DNA of 20,611 bases from an uncultured virus (IMG/VR IMGVR_UViG_3300025167_000005) (Duplodnaviria; Heunggongvirae; Uroviricota; Caudoviricetes). A program made the position numbers and the translations under genes. Where the stretch lies: the IMG/VR virus record IMGVR_UViG_3300025167_000005, one strand, 5' to 3'. Below are positions 13,431 through 20,611 of the stretch, one piece after another (positions within the stretch are counted from its first letter, which is position 1; each line of letters begins with the position of its first letter). The notes below the pieces were generated by a model. The model was not told the origin of the DNA and made no database searches. It saw nothing but the letters and a program-made list of their open reading frames with translations.

Positions 13431-14222
13431 TCAAAACAATGCACGACGCCGTCTTGTATGCAACCCCACGAAAACGCTCTTTCGTCCTTCAAATCCGGCC
13501 CTCCGCCGACCGAACTGCACCCGCTCTCCGCCCTCGAATGCTTTCCGAACCTCCTTCTCCCCCTCGAACAATTTCTCCATAAACTTCTGACCCTCCCACA
13601 CGGCCAGGCTCGCAAGCCTGGAAGCTTCCTGCGGGTCCGGGGTTTCCACCCACTTGTCGGTATCGGCATTATAGAGAACAATTCGGGAAGGCGGAGGGTC
13701 GAGAAGGAGAGACAGGTTCTCGGCGAGAGCAAGGTTGAAGTCGATTTTGGCAAGGGCCTCTGCCTCGGCGTAGGCCTTCTCAGCGGAAGCTATGGCCTCG
13801 CCGTAGGTCTTTTCAGCGGGAGCCATGACCTCATTGTAGGCCTTCCCGGCAGGAGCCGTGGCCTCGTCGTAGGCGTTCCTGGTGGAAGTCTTGCCTTGGT
13901 GGGTCTTCCAGGCGGAAGCCACAGCCTCATAGTAGGCCTTCTCGGCAGGAGCCTCGACCTCACGATAGGCTTTCCAGGCGGGAGCCTCGGCCTTGTCGCG
14001 GACCTTCCGGGCGAGAACCATGGCCTCATCGCGGGTCTTCCAGGCGGAAGCCGTGGCCTCGTCGAAGGCCCTCTGGACGGAAGCGATAGGATGTCGTCCC
14101 TGCCAGAAGGCGACGACCGTGCCAAGGGCATATCTATTCCATCCATCCGGAGTCTTCGGATAGGTTCTGTCTTTCCACGACCCGAAGTCGGCGTCCTGTG
14201 GAAGTTTGGAGGACCAGAGCAT
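13431..14222 (-). CDS. Ala-rich 11-residue repeat (hendecad coiled-coil-like) protein (263 aa)
   Basis: About ten tandem KAYxEAxAPA[W/E] units; ATG 14222 lies 31 nt from a TTTAAATA box. Confidence 0.8.
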   Translation of the reverse strand: MLWSSKLPQDADFGSWKDRTYPKTPDGWNRYALGTVVAFWQGRHPIASVQRAFDEATASAWKTRDEAMVLARKVRDKAEAPAWKAYREVEAPAEKAYYEAVASAWKTHQGKTSTRNAYDEATAPAGKAYNEVMAPAEKTYGEAIASAEKAYAEAEALAKIDFNLALAENLSLLLDPPPSRIVLYNADTDKWVETPDPQEASRLASLAVWEGQKFMEKLFEGEKEVRKAFEGGERVQFGRRRAGFEGRKSVFVGLHTRRRRALF

Positions 14223-14245
14223 CAAGAAAACGATAGACGAAACCC

Positions 14246-14253
14246 TATTTAAA
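14246..14253 (-). promoter_or_regulatory. Canonical archaeal TATA box (TTTAAATA) for the repeat-protein gene
   Basis: Minus-strand GGCTTTAAATAGGG in the short intergenic gap; same 31-nt spacing as the other promoters. Confidence 0.7.
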
Positions 14254-14258
14254 GCCTG

Positions 14259-17200
14259 CTACGGGAATAGGACCGTCAGGCCGAATCCCAGGAGAGCAAG
14301 ACCAACCAGCATTATGAGGAGCCCCCGTGCCCGGTTCCTGCCGACGCCAGAGACAGCCGCCATCGCCGCCCCAGCGTACATAGAGACCGCAGACCAGCCC
14401 GCCAGAGGAATCGTCTTGTGACTTGTTGTCATGACAACGTAGGCCGCCCCGGAGAACGTGAGAGCCATCAAGAAGAACCACTTCCGCCTCTTGTCCCTCT
14501 TCTTGACCGCCACCGTCAGGAACGCATACCAGATGCCCACCAAGAAGACCAACAGTTCTGGCAAGTGCTGGCCCACGAACGAGAGCGACTTGGCCGAGAC
14601 CTCCTGAGATGACTTGTAGACAATTCCGGCTATCGTCGTCTTGAGGGTCACCGTATAGAGCCCGGATGTCTGGAACTCGTAGACCAGGATGAACCCCTGG
14701 CCAACGACCCCGTCGTCTATGAGCCACTCGTACCTGGCCATGCTCGTGGGCGACACGGCCCGGAACTCCACGGTCAAGTCCTGGGCCCGATGTCTCCACG
14801 TCCAGAGGACCGACCACCCGCCCCCACCGGTCCCAAGGCTTAGTCCAGGAAGAGCCGCGGCCAGCTCATGCAAGGACCAGCCGTTGGTCAGGACGAAAGT
14901 GACCGACCCCGACCTATCTGACTGGCTCGTGAGCTGCTCGACGTTATCCCGGTACAGGGCAAAGAACGTTGTCGCGTTGAGCCCGGTGATAGTCACCGTG
15001 AGCGAGGCCGACGCGCTCGACACGTCCGAGACCCACCGGATGTCTGGTATCCCGTCCGGGTTGTCGTACTTGATGAACTGGGTGACGCTCAGCGTCCCAA
15101 CGTTCACGGAGAGATAGAGGTTGGGCACGGTGACCCCGTCCATGGTAAACGTCCCGGTGCTGTTCAAGGTCGTCATGCCCAGCAGGTCTCCGGTGCTTAT
15201 GGTGATGCTGCCCCCGGAATGAGTCATCGTAGTGCTCACGGTGAACGTGAACGAGCCGATGTCCAGGACGCCCGTATAGCCCGCACTGCTGAACGAAGCC
15301 ATGGTCGCCGTCACGTTGACCGTCGCGGTTCCGCCTCCAGAACTCCCGTTGAAAAAGACCGCGTTGGCAGAGGTTGGAACGCTGCATCCCCCGGCCCCTC
15401 CAGAAGTGTCCGACCACTCCGCGGTATCGTTCCAGTTTCCCACTCCGCCAACCCAGTACCGGGTGGTCAAAACACAGCTCAGCGGAGTCTCGTCGATGGC
15501 CATTGCATCCCCGGTAGCCCAGCCTGCAACCCTGGAAAGGGTGATTACCGTGCCCACGGAAGTCTGGGTATCAACAGTCACCACATTCCTCGTCAAATCA
15601 TAGTCTGTCGCAGCGATGACATCTTCCAGGATAAACTGCCAGGTATCTCCGGCAACCGAAGGACTGAAAGTCCAGCGGACATCCACATCAGCGCCGACCG
15701 CCCACGCCGTCCAAGTTGTGATGTCTATCGTGCCGGTCCCGGCAGTTCGTGCGATGTACATGTTCGACACGACGATGGTGTTCATAGTCAAGCTGCCATC
15801 GATATTAAACACGGTTAGACCTACAAAGTCCCCGGTCCCCACAAGGATAATGCCATTGGCGGCACACTCTACGTCGTTCGCCTGGAGATTCAAGTTGCTC
15901 GTGTCGAGTGTTGTGGTGGACGTAGAGTCTGTCACGGTCAGCGTTCCGACAATCCGCAGGCTCCTCGTAGCCATCGTGAACGTCTGAACCGTGCCTCCGG
16001 ACGAATTAAAGGTCAGATGGTTGAACTCGGCTTCGCTCAAGTTGCTCCCGGCGAAAGTCATGGTCCCTCCCACTGCCGACGTGAAAGTCACCGTTCCCGT
16101 ACCGGCTTCCCATCCAACGGCGTCTGTTGAGGCATTCGTCCAAGTTCCAGCAACACTCCACGACTCGCTCCCGAAGTCGATGGCCGACACCACGCTGGAA
16201 ATGTTGACAGAGCCACTGATGGTCACAGCACCAGACACGGAAGTAAGGTCGCCACCGGACAGGATAAGCGCGTTCGCGGCAGCCTGGCTGTTGGTCACGG
16301 TCAAAGCGAACGTGCTCTTGGCCAGAGTACCTCCAGACACGGTCAGCGTCCTATCCACGACGACCGCGGACCCTTGAGTGACTGTGCCATCGGAGACCGT
16401 TACCGTCGTGAGCGTGTTGTCCGAGGCCAGGAGGGTCACCACAGCCGAGGCATCAAATGTATACGTGGACGTGGTTCCCTCGTCGAATGACGAACCTGCT
16501 CCGGACGTGTTCCAGTTCCCAGAAATAGTCCAAACGCCCGTAGTCACGGTCAAGGTCCCCGAGGTGCCCCCGGTCATGGTCACGGTGCTCGCAACGACCG
16601 TGGAAGCATTCGCGGTGAGGATGCCACCATTTCCAACGCTCAGGTCCGGCGTATCTGCCGAATTGCCCAGGACCAGGTCGGAGGTGGCCAGTGCCGTGGT
16701 GGACGAAGCGTCCACAACCGAGAGCGTGGAAAGCCACCGGACTCCTCGTGTGGACATGGTAAAGGTCTGAGCTGTGCCCGCACTGGAAGAGAACGTAACG
16801 TTGTTGAACTCGGCCTCGGCAAGCCCGGAGCCCGCGAACAGCATCGTTCCCCCGGTGGCAGACGTAAAGGTCACCGTGCCCGTTCCCGCATCCCAGGACG
16901 CGCTGGTGGTCGCATTGTTGTAGAGCCCGGAAACAGTGTGGTCTGTGGACGACCCCCACTGAATAAACCCAGCGTTAATGGTGCCGACACCGGTTCGTGT
17001 CGCAGTAAGCGTTCCAGAAGTAAACGTCAGACCTCCAGTAGAGCTGAGAGCCAACCCATTAGACCCCTGAACGTCGAAATTGTTTGCCCCCATCACCACC
17101 GTCCCAAAAAGAACGAAAAAGGATGGCGTGTTGGTACATGCGTCACAGCTTGCCGTAGTCGTGATGTTCCCGGTCGGAGTCGTGTTGCCACGCACCAGGA

Positions 17201-20200
17201 TGGCATTGTATGTTCCTGCTGGAATCGCGGTAGTATTGTCCCAATCCAAGTCAAAGTCCGTGGTCACCGAGGCTCCAAGAATAAGACTGCCCTCGATTTG
17301 GAACGCGAACGTAGGGCCGGAAATAGTTGCACCGGCATTCACGGTCACCGCGCCCTGGGCACCCAGGTCGTCTCCCAGCGTCAGGACAACACTGGCGTTC
17401 ACAGTAAGGTTCCTGAAATACATTGTGTTCGTAGCGCCCGGACTGGTGATAATCCCACTCACGGCAAAAACTACGGTGCTCGTTCCAAACGTGAACGTTC
17501 CCGCCGAGAAGTTGAAGTTTCCACCGATGGTGATAGTAGACCCGTTTGCAGTCAGAATCCCGCCAGCCCCGACGGTTAACGGACCCGAAGTAATAGCCAG
17601 ATTCCCAACCGTGGTATTAAGAGCCGTCGTGCTTACACCGTCAGCGATATTCAATGTCCCCCCAAGCCGGAGGCCACGAGTAGACATCGTAAATGTCTGG
17701 GCCGTACCTGCACTCGAATTGAACGTCACGTTGTTGAATTCGGCCTCGCTCAGGTTGATTCCGGCAAAGGTCATCGTTCCCCCTGTGGCACTATCAAAGA
17801 GAACGGTTCCCGTTCCCGCTTCCCACCCCACCCCATCCGTCGAAGCATTCGTCCAGGTTCCTGTCACGTTCCAGGCTTCGCTTCCGAAGTCAATGGCGCT
17901 CAATGCAGACGAAATGTTCACATTCCCAGTAACGGATACCGTTCCAGACGTGCTGGTCAGGTCTCCGCCAGACATTGTAAGCGATGCGGCGGAGAACGTG
18001 AACGTACTCTTGGCAAGTATCCCGCCAGAGACGGTGAGCGCGTTGGCCACAACCCAGTTCGTGCCCATTGTCACTGTTCCGCCTTGGACGGTCATCGCGC
18101 TGAACGTGTTGTCCGAGCCCAGAAGAGTGATGGTCGCCGTAGCATCGAACGTGTAAAGAGAAGTCGTTCCCTCGCTAAACGTGGAGCCTGCTCCCGATGT
18201 GTTCCAATTCCCAGAGATGGTCCACGAGCCCGTGGTGACCGTGAGAGTACCCGACGTTCCGCCTGTCATGGTCACGGTACTCGCCACGACCGTAGAAGCG
18301 TTCGCGGTAAGCGTTCCACCGTTCCCAACGCTCAAGTCTGATGTGTCCGCCGAGTTCCCAACGGCAAGGTCCGTGGTAGCCAATGCCGTAGTCGAAGAAC
18401 CATCGGCGACCGACAAAGTGGTAAGCCATCGGATTCCTCTGGTAGCCATGGTGAACGTCTGCGGCGTCCCAGCACTCGACGTGAAAGTCACATTGTTGAA
18501 TTCGGCCTCACTCAGATTGATTCCGACGAAGGTCATCGTCCCGCCCGCAGCACCATCAAAGAGAACAGTCCCAGTTCCAGCCTCCCACACCGCCCCGTCT
18601 GTAGAAGCATTCGTCCAGGTTCCGCTCACAGTCCAATTCTCGCTCCCAAAGTCGATGGCACTCAACGCAGATGAGATGTTCACGTTGCCAGTGATGGTCA
18701 CGTTTCCACTGGTAGACGTGAGGTCTCCCCCGCTCATGGCGAGGCTTGCCGCAGAGACCGTGAAGGCGGACTTGGCAAGCGTCCCTCCAGAGATGGTCAG
18801 CGCGTTGGTAACTACCGTGTTCGTAGCCAACGTAGCCGTCCCTCCCGAAACGGTCAGCGCAGAAAACGTGTTGTCTGTAGACAGTAAGGTGATAGTCGCC
18901 GTGACATCGAACGTGTAGAGAGAAGTTGACCCCTCAGCGAAGGTCGAACCTGCACCCGAAGTGTTCCACGGGCCCGAGATGGTCCACAAACCTGTAGAAA
19001 CCGTAATGGTCCCGCTCGCTCCACCGGTCACAGTCACGCTCGTTACCGCGACAGTCGAGGCGTTCGCAGTCAGGATTCCCCCGTTCCCGATGACCAACAC
19101 TGCCGTAGAAAGCCCCAGGCCCGCTGTGGCCAGCTCGGTCGTGGAAGAGCCGTCGGAAACCGTAAGCGTCCCGCTCCACCGCAGAGCCCGCGTAGCCATC
19201 GTGAACGTCTGCGGCGTTCCCGCGGCCGATGTGAACGTGACGCTATTGAACTCGGCTTCGCTCAAGTTGGCTCCAGCGAAAGTCATCGTCCCGGCAGAAA
19301 CCGCGTCGAAGGTGGTCGTTCCAGTTCCCGCGTCCCAGCTCGCCGTCGTACTGTTGTTCGTCCAAGTGCCCCCAAAGTTCCAAAGGCCACTGCCGAAATC
19401 GATGAAAGAGGTTGCATCAATAGACACCGCACCATCAATATCCCCATCACAGGCCGCTGCACCACAGGAGATGTTCGCGCCTCCGGTCATCGTGAGCGTG
19501 CCAGTGGCAGTGAGTCCGTTCGTTGCACTGGCCCCTACCGTAATGGCCAGATTGCTCGTGTCGTAGGTGATGGCACCAGACACGGCAAAGTTGAACGTTC
19601 CAATGGCCAGAGTGCTGCTCACGTCGTTGAATCCGGTAGTAGTCAACGACGCCATCGCGGCACTCACATCGACAGTAATCGTGCACGCAGCGACGCAGGA
19701 AGCCGCATCGATGGTCACTGAGTTGGAAGCTGTTGGAACGTCGCATCCGCTCGCTCCGCCGCTTGAATCCGACCACTGTGCCGTACTGCTCCAACTTCCG
19801 GTCCCATTGACCCAGAATCGGGCCGCGCCACAGCCCACCGGAGTCTCGTCGATGGCCATCGCGTCTCCGGCAGCCCAACCAGCAGCTCTTGAAAGGGTGA
19901 CCACAGTGCCCACGGAAGTCTGAGTATCGACAACGCCTGCGTTCCGCTTGAGGTCGTAAGAAGTCGATACCACGACATCTTCCAGAACAAACTGCCAGGT
20001 GTCTCCGGCCACCGAAGGACTGAACGTCCAGCGCACGTCTACATTGACTCCAGAAGCCCAGGCAGTCCAAGTTGTGATGTCTATGGTGCCAGTCCCAGCA
20101 GTTCGCGCGATGTACATGTTCGACACGACGATAGCGTTCATAGTCAAGCTGCCATCGATGTTAAACACGGTCAGACCTACAAAGTCTCCGGTTCCCACAA

Positions 20201-20609
20201 GAATAATGCCATTGGCGGCGCACTCCACGTCGTTCGCCTGGAGATTCAAGTTGGCCGTGTCCAGGGTAGTCGTAGACGTGGAATCGGTCACGGTCAGCGT
20301 TCCTGCAATCCGCAGACTCCGGGTAGCCATCGTGAACGTCTGGGCCGTGCCTCCGGACGAATTAAACGTCAGGTGGTTGAACTCAGACTCGCTCAAGTTG
20401 CTTCCGGCGAAAGTCATGGTCCCTCCCACCACCGACGTAAAAGTCACCGTTCCCGTTCCAGCCTCCCACACAATCCCGTCCGTGGAAGCATTCGTCCAAG
20501 TGCCAGTCACGGTCCAGGCTTCGCTTCCGAAGTCAATGGCGCTCAATGCAGACGAAATGTTCACATTCCCAGTAACGGATACCGTTCCAGACGTGCTGGT
20601 CAGGTCTCC
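14259..20609 (-). CDS. Giant repetitive Thr/Gly/Ser/Ala-rich surface or adhesin-like protein, C-terminal part (>2100 aa; 5' end outside the window)
   Basis: Frame is open beyond the tracked GTG 20564 to the window edge; beta-helix-like repeats, WVxGxGxW...WSDxSGG modules, PKD-like domain (YEWLIDDG...YEFQTSGLYTVTL) and about four C-terminal TM helices. Confidence 0.9.
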   Translation of the reverse strand, partial: GDLTSTSGTVSVTGNVNISSALSAIDFGSEAWTVTGTWTNASTDGIVWEAGTGTVTFTSVVGGTMTFAGSNLSESEFNHLTFNSSGGTAQTFTMATRSLRIAGTLTVTDSTSTTTLDTANLNLQANDVECAANGIILVGTGDFVGLTVFNIDGSLTMNAIVVSNMYIARTAGTGTIDITTWTAWASGVNVDVRWTFSPSVAGDTWQFVLEDVVVSTSYDLKRNAGVVDTQTSVGTVVTLSRAAGWAAGDAMAIDETPVGCGAARFWVNGTGSWSSTAQWSDSSGGASGCDVPTASNSVTIDAASCVAACTITVDVSAAMASLTTTGFNDVSSTLAIGTFNFAVSGAITYDTSNLAITVGASATNGLTATGTLTMTGGANISCGAAACDGDIDGAVSIDATSFIDFGSGLWNFGGTWTNNSTTASWDAGTGTTTFDAVSAGTMTFAGANLSEAEFNSVTFTSAAGTPQTFTMATRALRWSGTLTVSDGSSTTELATAGLGLSTAVLVIGNGGILTANASTVAVTSVTVTGGASGTITVSTGLWTISGPWNTSGAGSTFAEGSTSLYTFDVTATITLLSTDNTFSALTVSGGTATLATNTVVTNALTISGGTLAKSAFTVSAASLAMSGGDLTSTSGNVTITGNVNISSALSAIDFGSENWTVSGTWTNASTDGAVWEAGTGTVLFDGAAGGTMTFVGINLSEAEFNNVTFTSSAGTPQTFTMATRGIRWLTTLSVADGSSTTALATTDLAVGNSADTSDLSVGNGGTLTANASTVVASTVTMTGGTSGTLTVTTGSWTISGNWNTSGAGSTFSEGTTSLYTFDATATITLLGSDNTFSAMTVQGGTVTMGTNWVVANALTVSGGILAKSTFTFSAASLTMSGGDLTSTSGTVSVTGNVNISSALSAIDFGSEAWNVTGTWTNASTDGVGWEAGTGTVLFDSATGGTMTFAGINLSEAEFNNVTFNSSAGTAQTFTMSTRGLRLGGTLNIADGVSTTALNTTVGNLAITSGPLTVGAGGILTANGSTITIGGNFNFSAGTFTFGTSTVVFAVSGIITSPGATNTMYFRNLTVNASVVLTLGDDLGAQGAVTVNAGATISGPTFAFQIEGSLILGASVTTDFDLDWDNTTAIPAGTYNAILVRGNTTPTGNITTTASCDACTNTPSFFVLFGTVVMGANNFDVQGSNGLALSSTGGLTFTSGTLTATRTGVGTINAGFIQWGSSTDHTVSGLYNNATTSASWDAGTGTVTFTSATGGTMLFAGSGLAEAEFNNVTFSSSAGTAQTFTMSTRGVRWLSTLSVVDASSTTALATSDLVLGNSADTPDLSVGNGGILTANASTVVASTVTMTGGTSGTLTVTTGVWTISGNWNTSGAGSSFDEGTTSTYTFDASAVVTLLASDNTLTTVTVSDGTVTQGSAVVVDRTLTVSGGTLAKSTFALTVTNSQAAANALILSGGDLTSVSGAVTISGSVNISSVVSAIDFGSESWSVAGTWTNASTDAVGWEAGTGTVTFTSAVGGTMTFAGSNLSEAEFNHLTFNSSGGTVQTFTMATRSLRIVGTLTVTDSTSTTTLDTSNLNLQANDVECAANGIILVGTGDFVGLTVFNIDGSLTMNTIVVSNMYIARTAGTGTIDITTWTAWAVGADVDVRWTFSPSVAGDTWQFILEDVIAATDYDLTRNVVTVDTQTSVGTVITLSRVAGWATGDAMAIDETPLSCVLTTRYWVGGVGNWNDTAEWSDTSGGAGGCSVPTSANAVFFNGSSGGGTATVNVTATMASFSSAGYTGVLDIGSFTFTVSTTMTHSGGSITISTGDLLGMTTLNSTGTFTMDGVTVPNLYLSVNVGTLSVTQFIKYDNPDGIPDIRWVSDVSSASASLTVTITGLNATTFFALYRDNVEQLTSQSDRSGSVTFVLTNGWSLHELAAALPGLSLGTGGGGWSVLWTWRHRAQDLTVEFRAVSPTSMARYEWLIDDGVVGQGFILVYEFQTSGLYTVTLKTTIAGIVYKSSQEVSAKSLSFVGQHLPELLVFLVGIWYAFLTVAVKKRDKRRKWFFLMALTFSGAAYVVMTTSHKTIPLAGWSAVSMYAGAAMAAVSGVGRNRARGLLIMLVGLALLGFGLTVLFP
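15364..16208. repeat. Internal duplication in the giant gene (about 280 codons), partner of 19720-20564
   Basis: Near-identical protein blocks (NISS...AIDETP..C...WSD.SGGA.GC.VPT) at an offset of 4356 nt. Confidence 0.85.
17870..17968. repeat. At least 99-bp identical repeat with 20513-20611
   Basis: Base-for-base identity from TCCAGGCTTCG to GGTCTCCGC, continuing to the window edge. Confidence 0.85.
19720..20564. repeat. Internal duplication in the giant gene, partner of 15364-16208
   Basis: For example GAGTCTCGTCGATGGCC at 15485 and 19841. Confidence 0.85.
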
Positions 20610-20611
20610 GC

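Noticed and set aside
13415..13436. GTTCGATTC T-loop-like motif suggesting a tRNA
   Set aside because: No T-stem pairing, acceptor stem or cloverleaf around it.
13458..14252. 264-aa + strand ORF
   Set aside because: Antisense mirror of the 11-residue-repeat gene, which has the promoter and a coherent helical pattern.
14418..19923. Long + strand ORFs (e.g. 17080..18156, 18181..18918, 18961..19566)
   Set aside because: Antisense shadows of the giant minus-strand gene, caused by its codon bias.
15364..20611. Repeats in the giant gene as a diversity-generating retroelement TR/VR pair
   Set aside because: Both copies are in-frame coding modules, differences are not visibly adenine-specific, and there is no reverse transcriptase in the window.

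Overview
GC-rich, densely packed segment that most likely comes from an archaeal virus or provirus (inference from a TFB/TFIIB-like gene, TATA boxes 30-31 nt upstream of start codons, GAGGTG-type ribosome-binding sites and ATGA/GTGA/TGATG gene overlaps; no capsid, terminase, integrase or replicase gene lies in the window). A divergent promoter pair at 1318-1412 drives a short leftward arm of Zn-finger genes and a rightward arm of about 30 small accessory genes (1410-13373). These include a wHTH regulator, a TFB-core/HTH fusion, an ART-like protein, an AbrB-like regulator, paralogous membrane proteins, a DEDDh exonuclease, MazG, an ASCH/EVE-like protein, a Zn-finger/OB-fold protein, a C39-like peptidase and a Pol-beta nucleotidyltransferase. 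Converging on them are an 11-residue-repeat protein and the 3' part (>2100 aa) of a giant repetitive membrane-anchored surface protein. The most notable structure is two families of dispersed repeats at gene junctions. Class I has a canonical TATA plus GCCAT(N)GTAG (4 copies). Class II is AACCTTCAA[A/G]TACCTCCGGAG.GTGA.TAG (6 copies, one partial), with a non-canonical TTCAA[A/G]TA box at TATA position. One class II copy precedes the zinc-ribbon-less TFB-HTH fusion itself, suggesting an element-specific transcription programme whose promoters may also serve as cassette boundaries.
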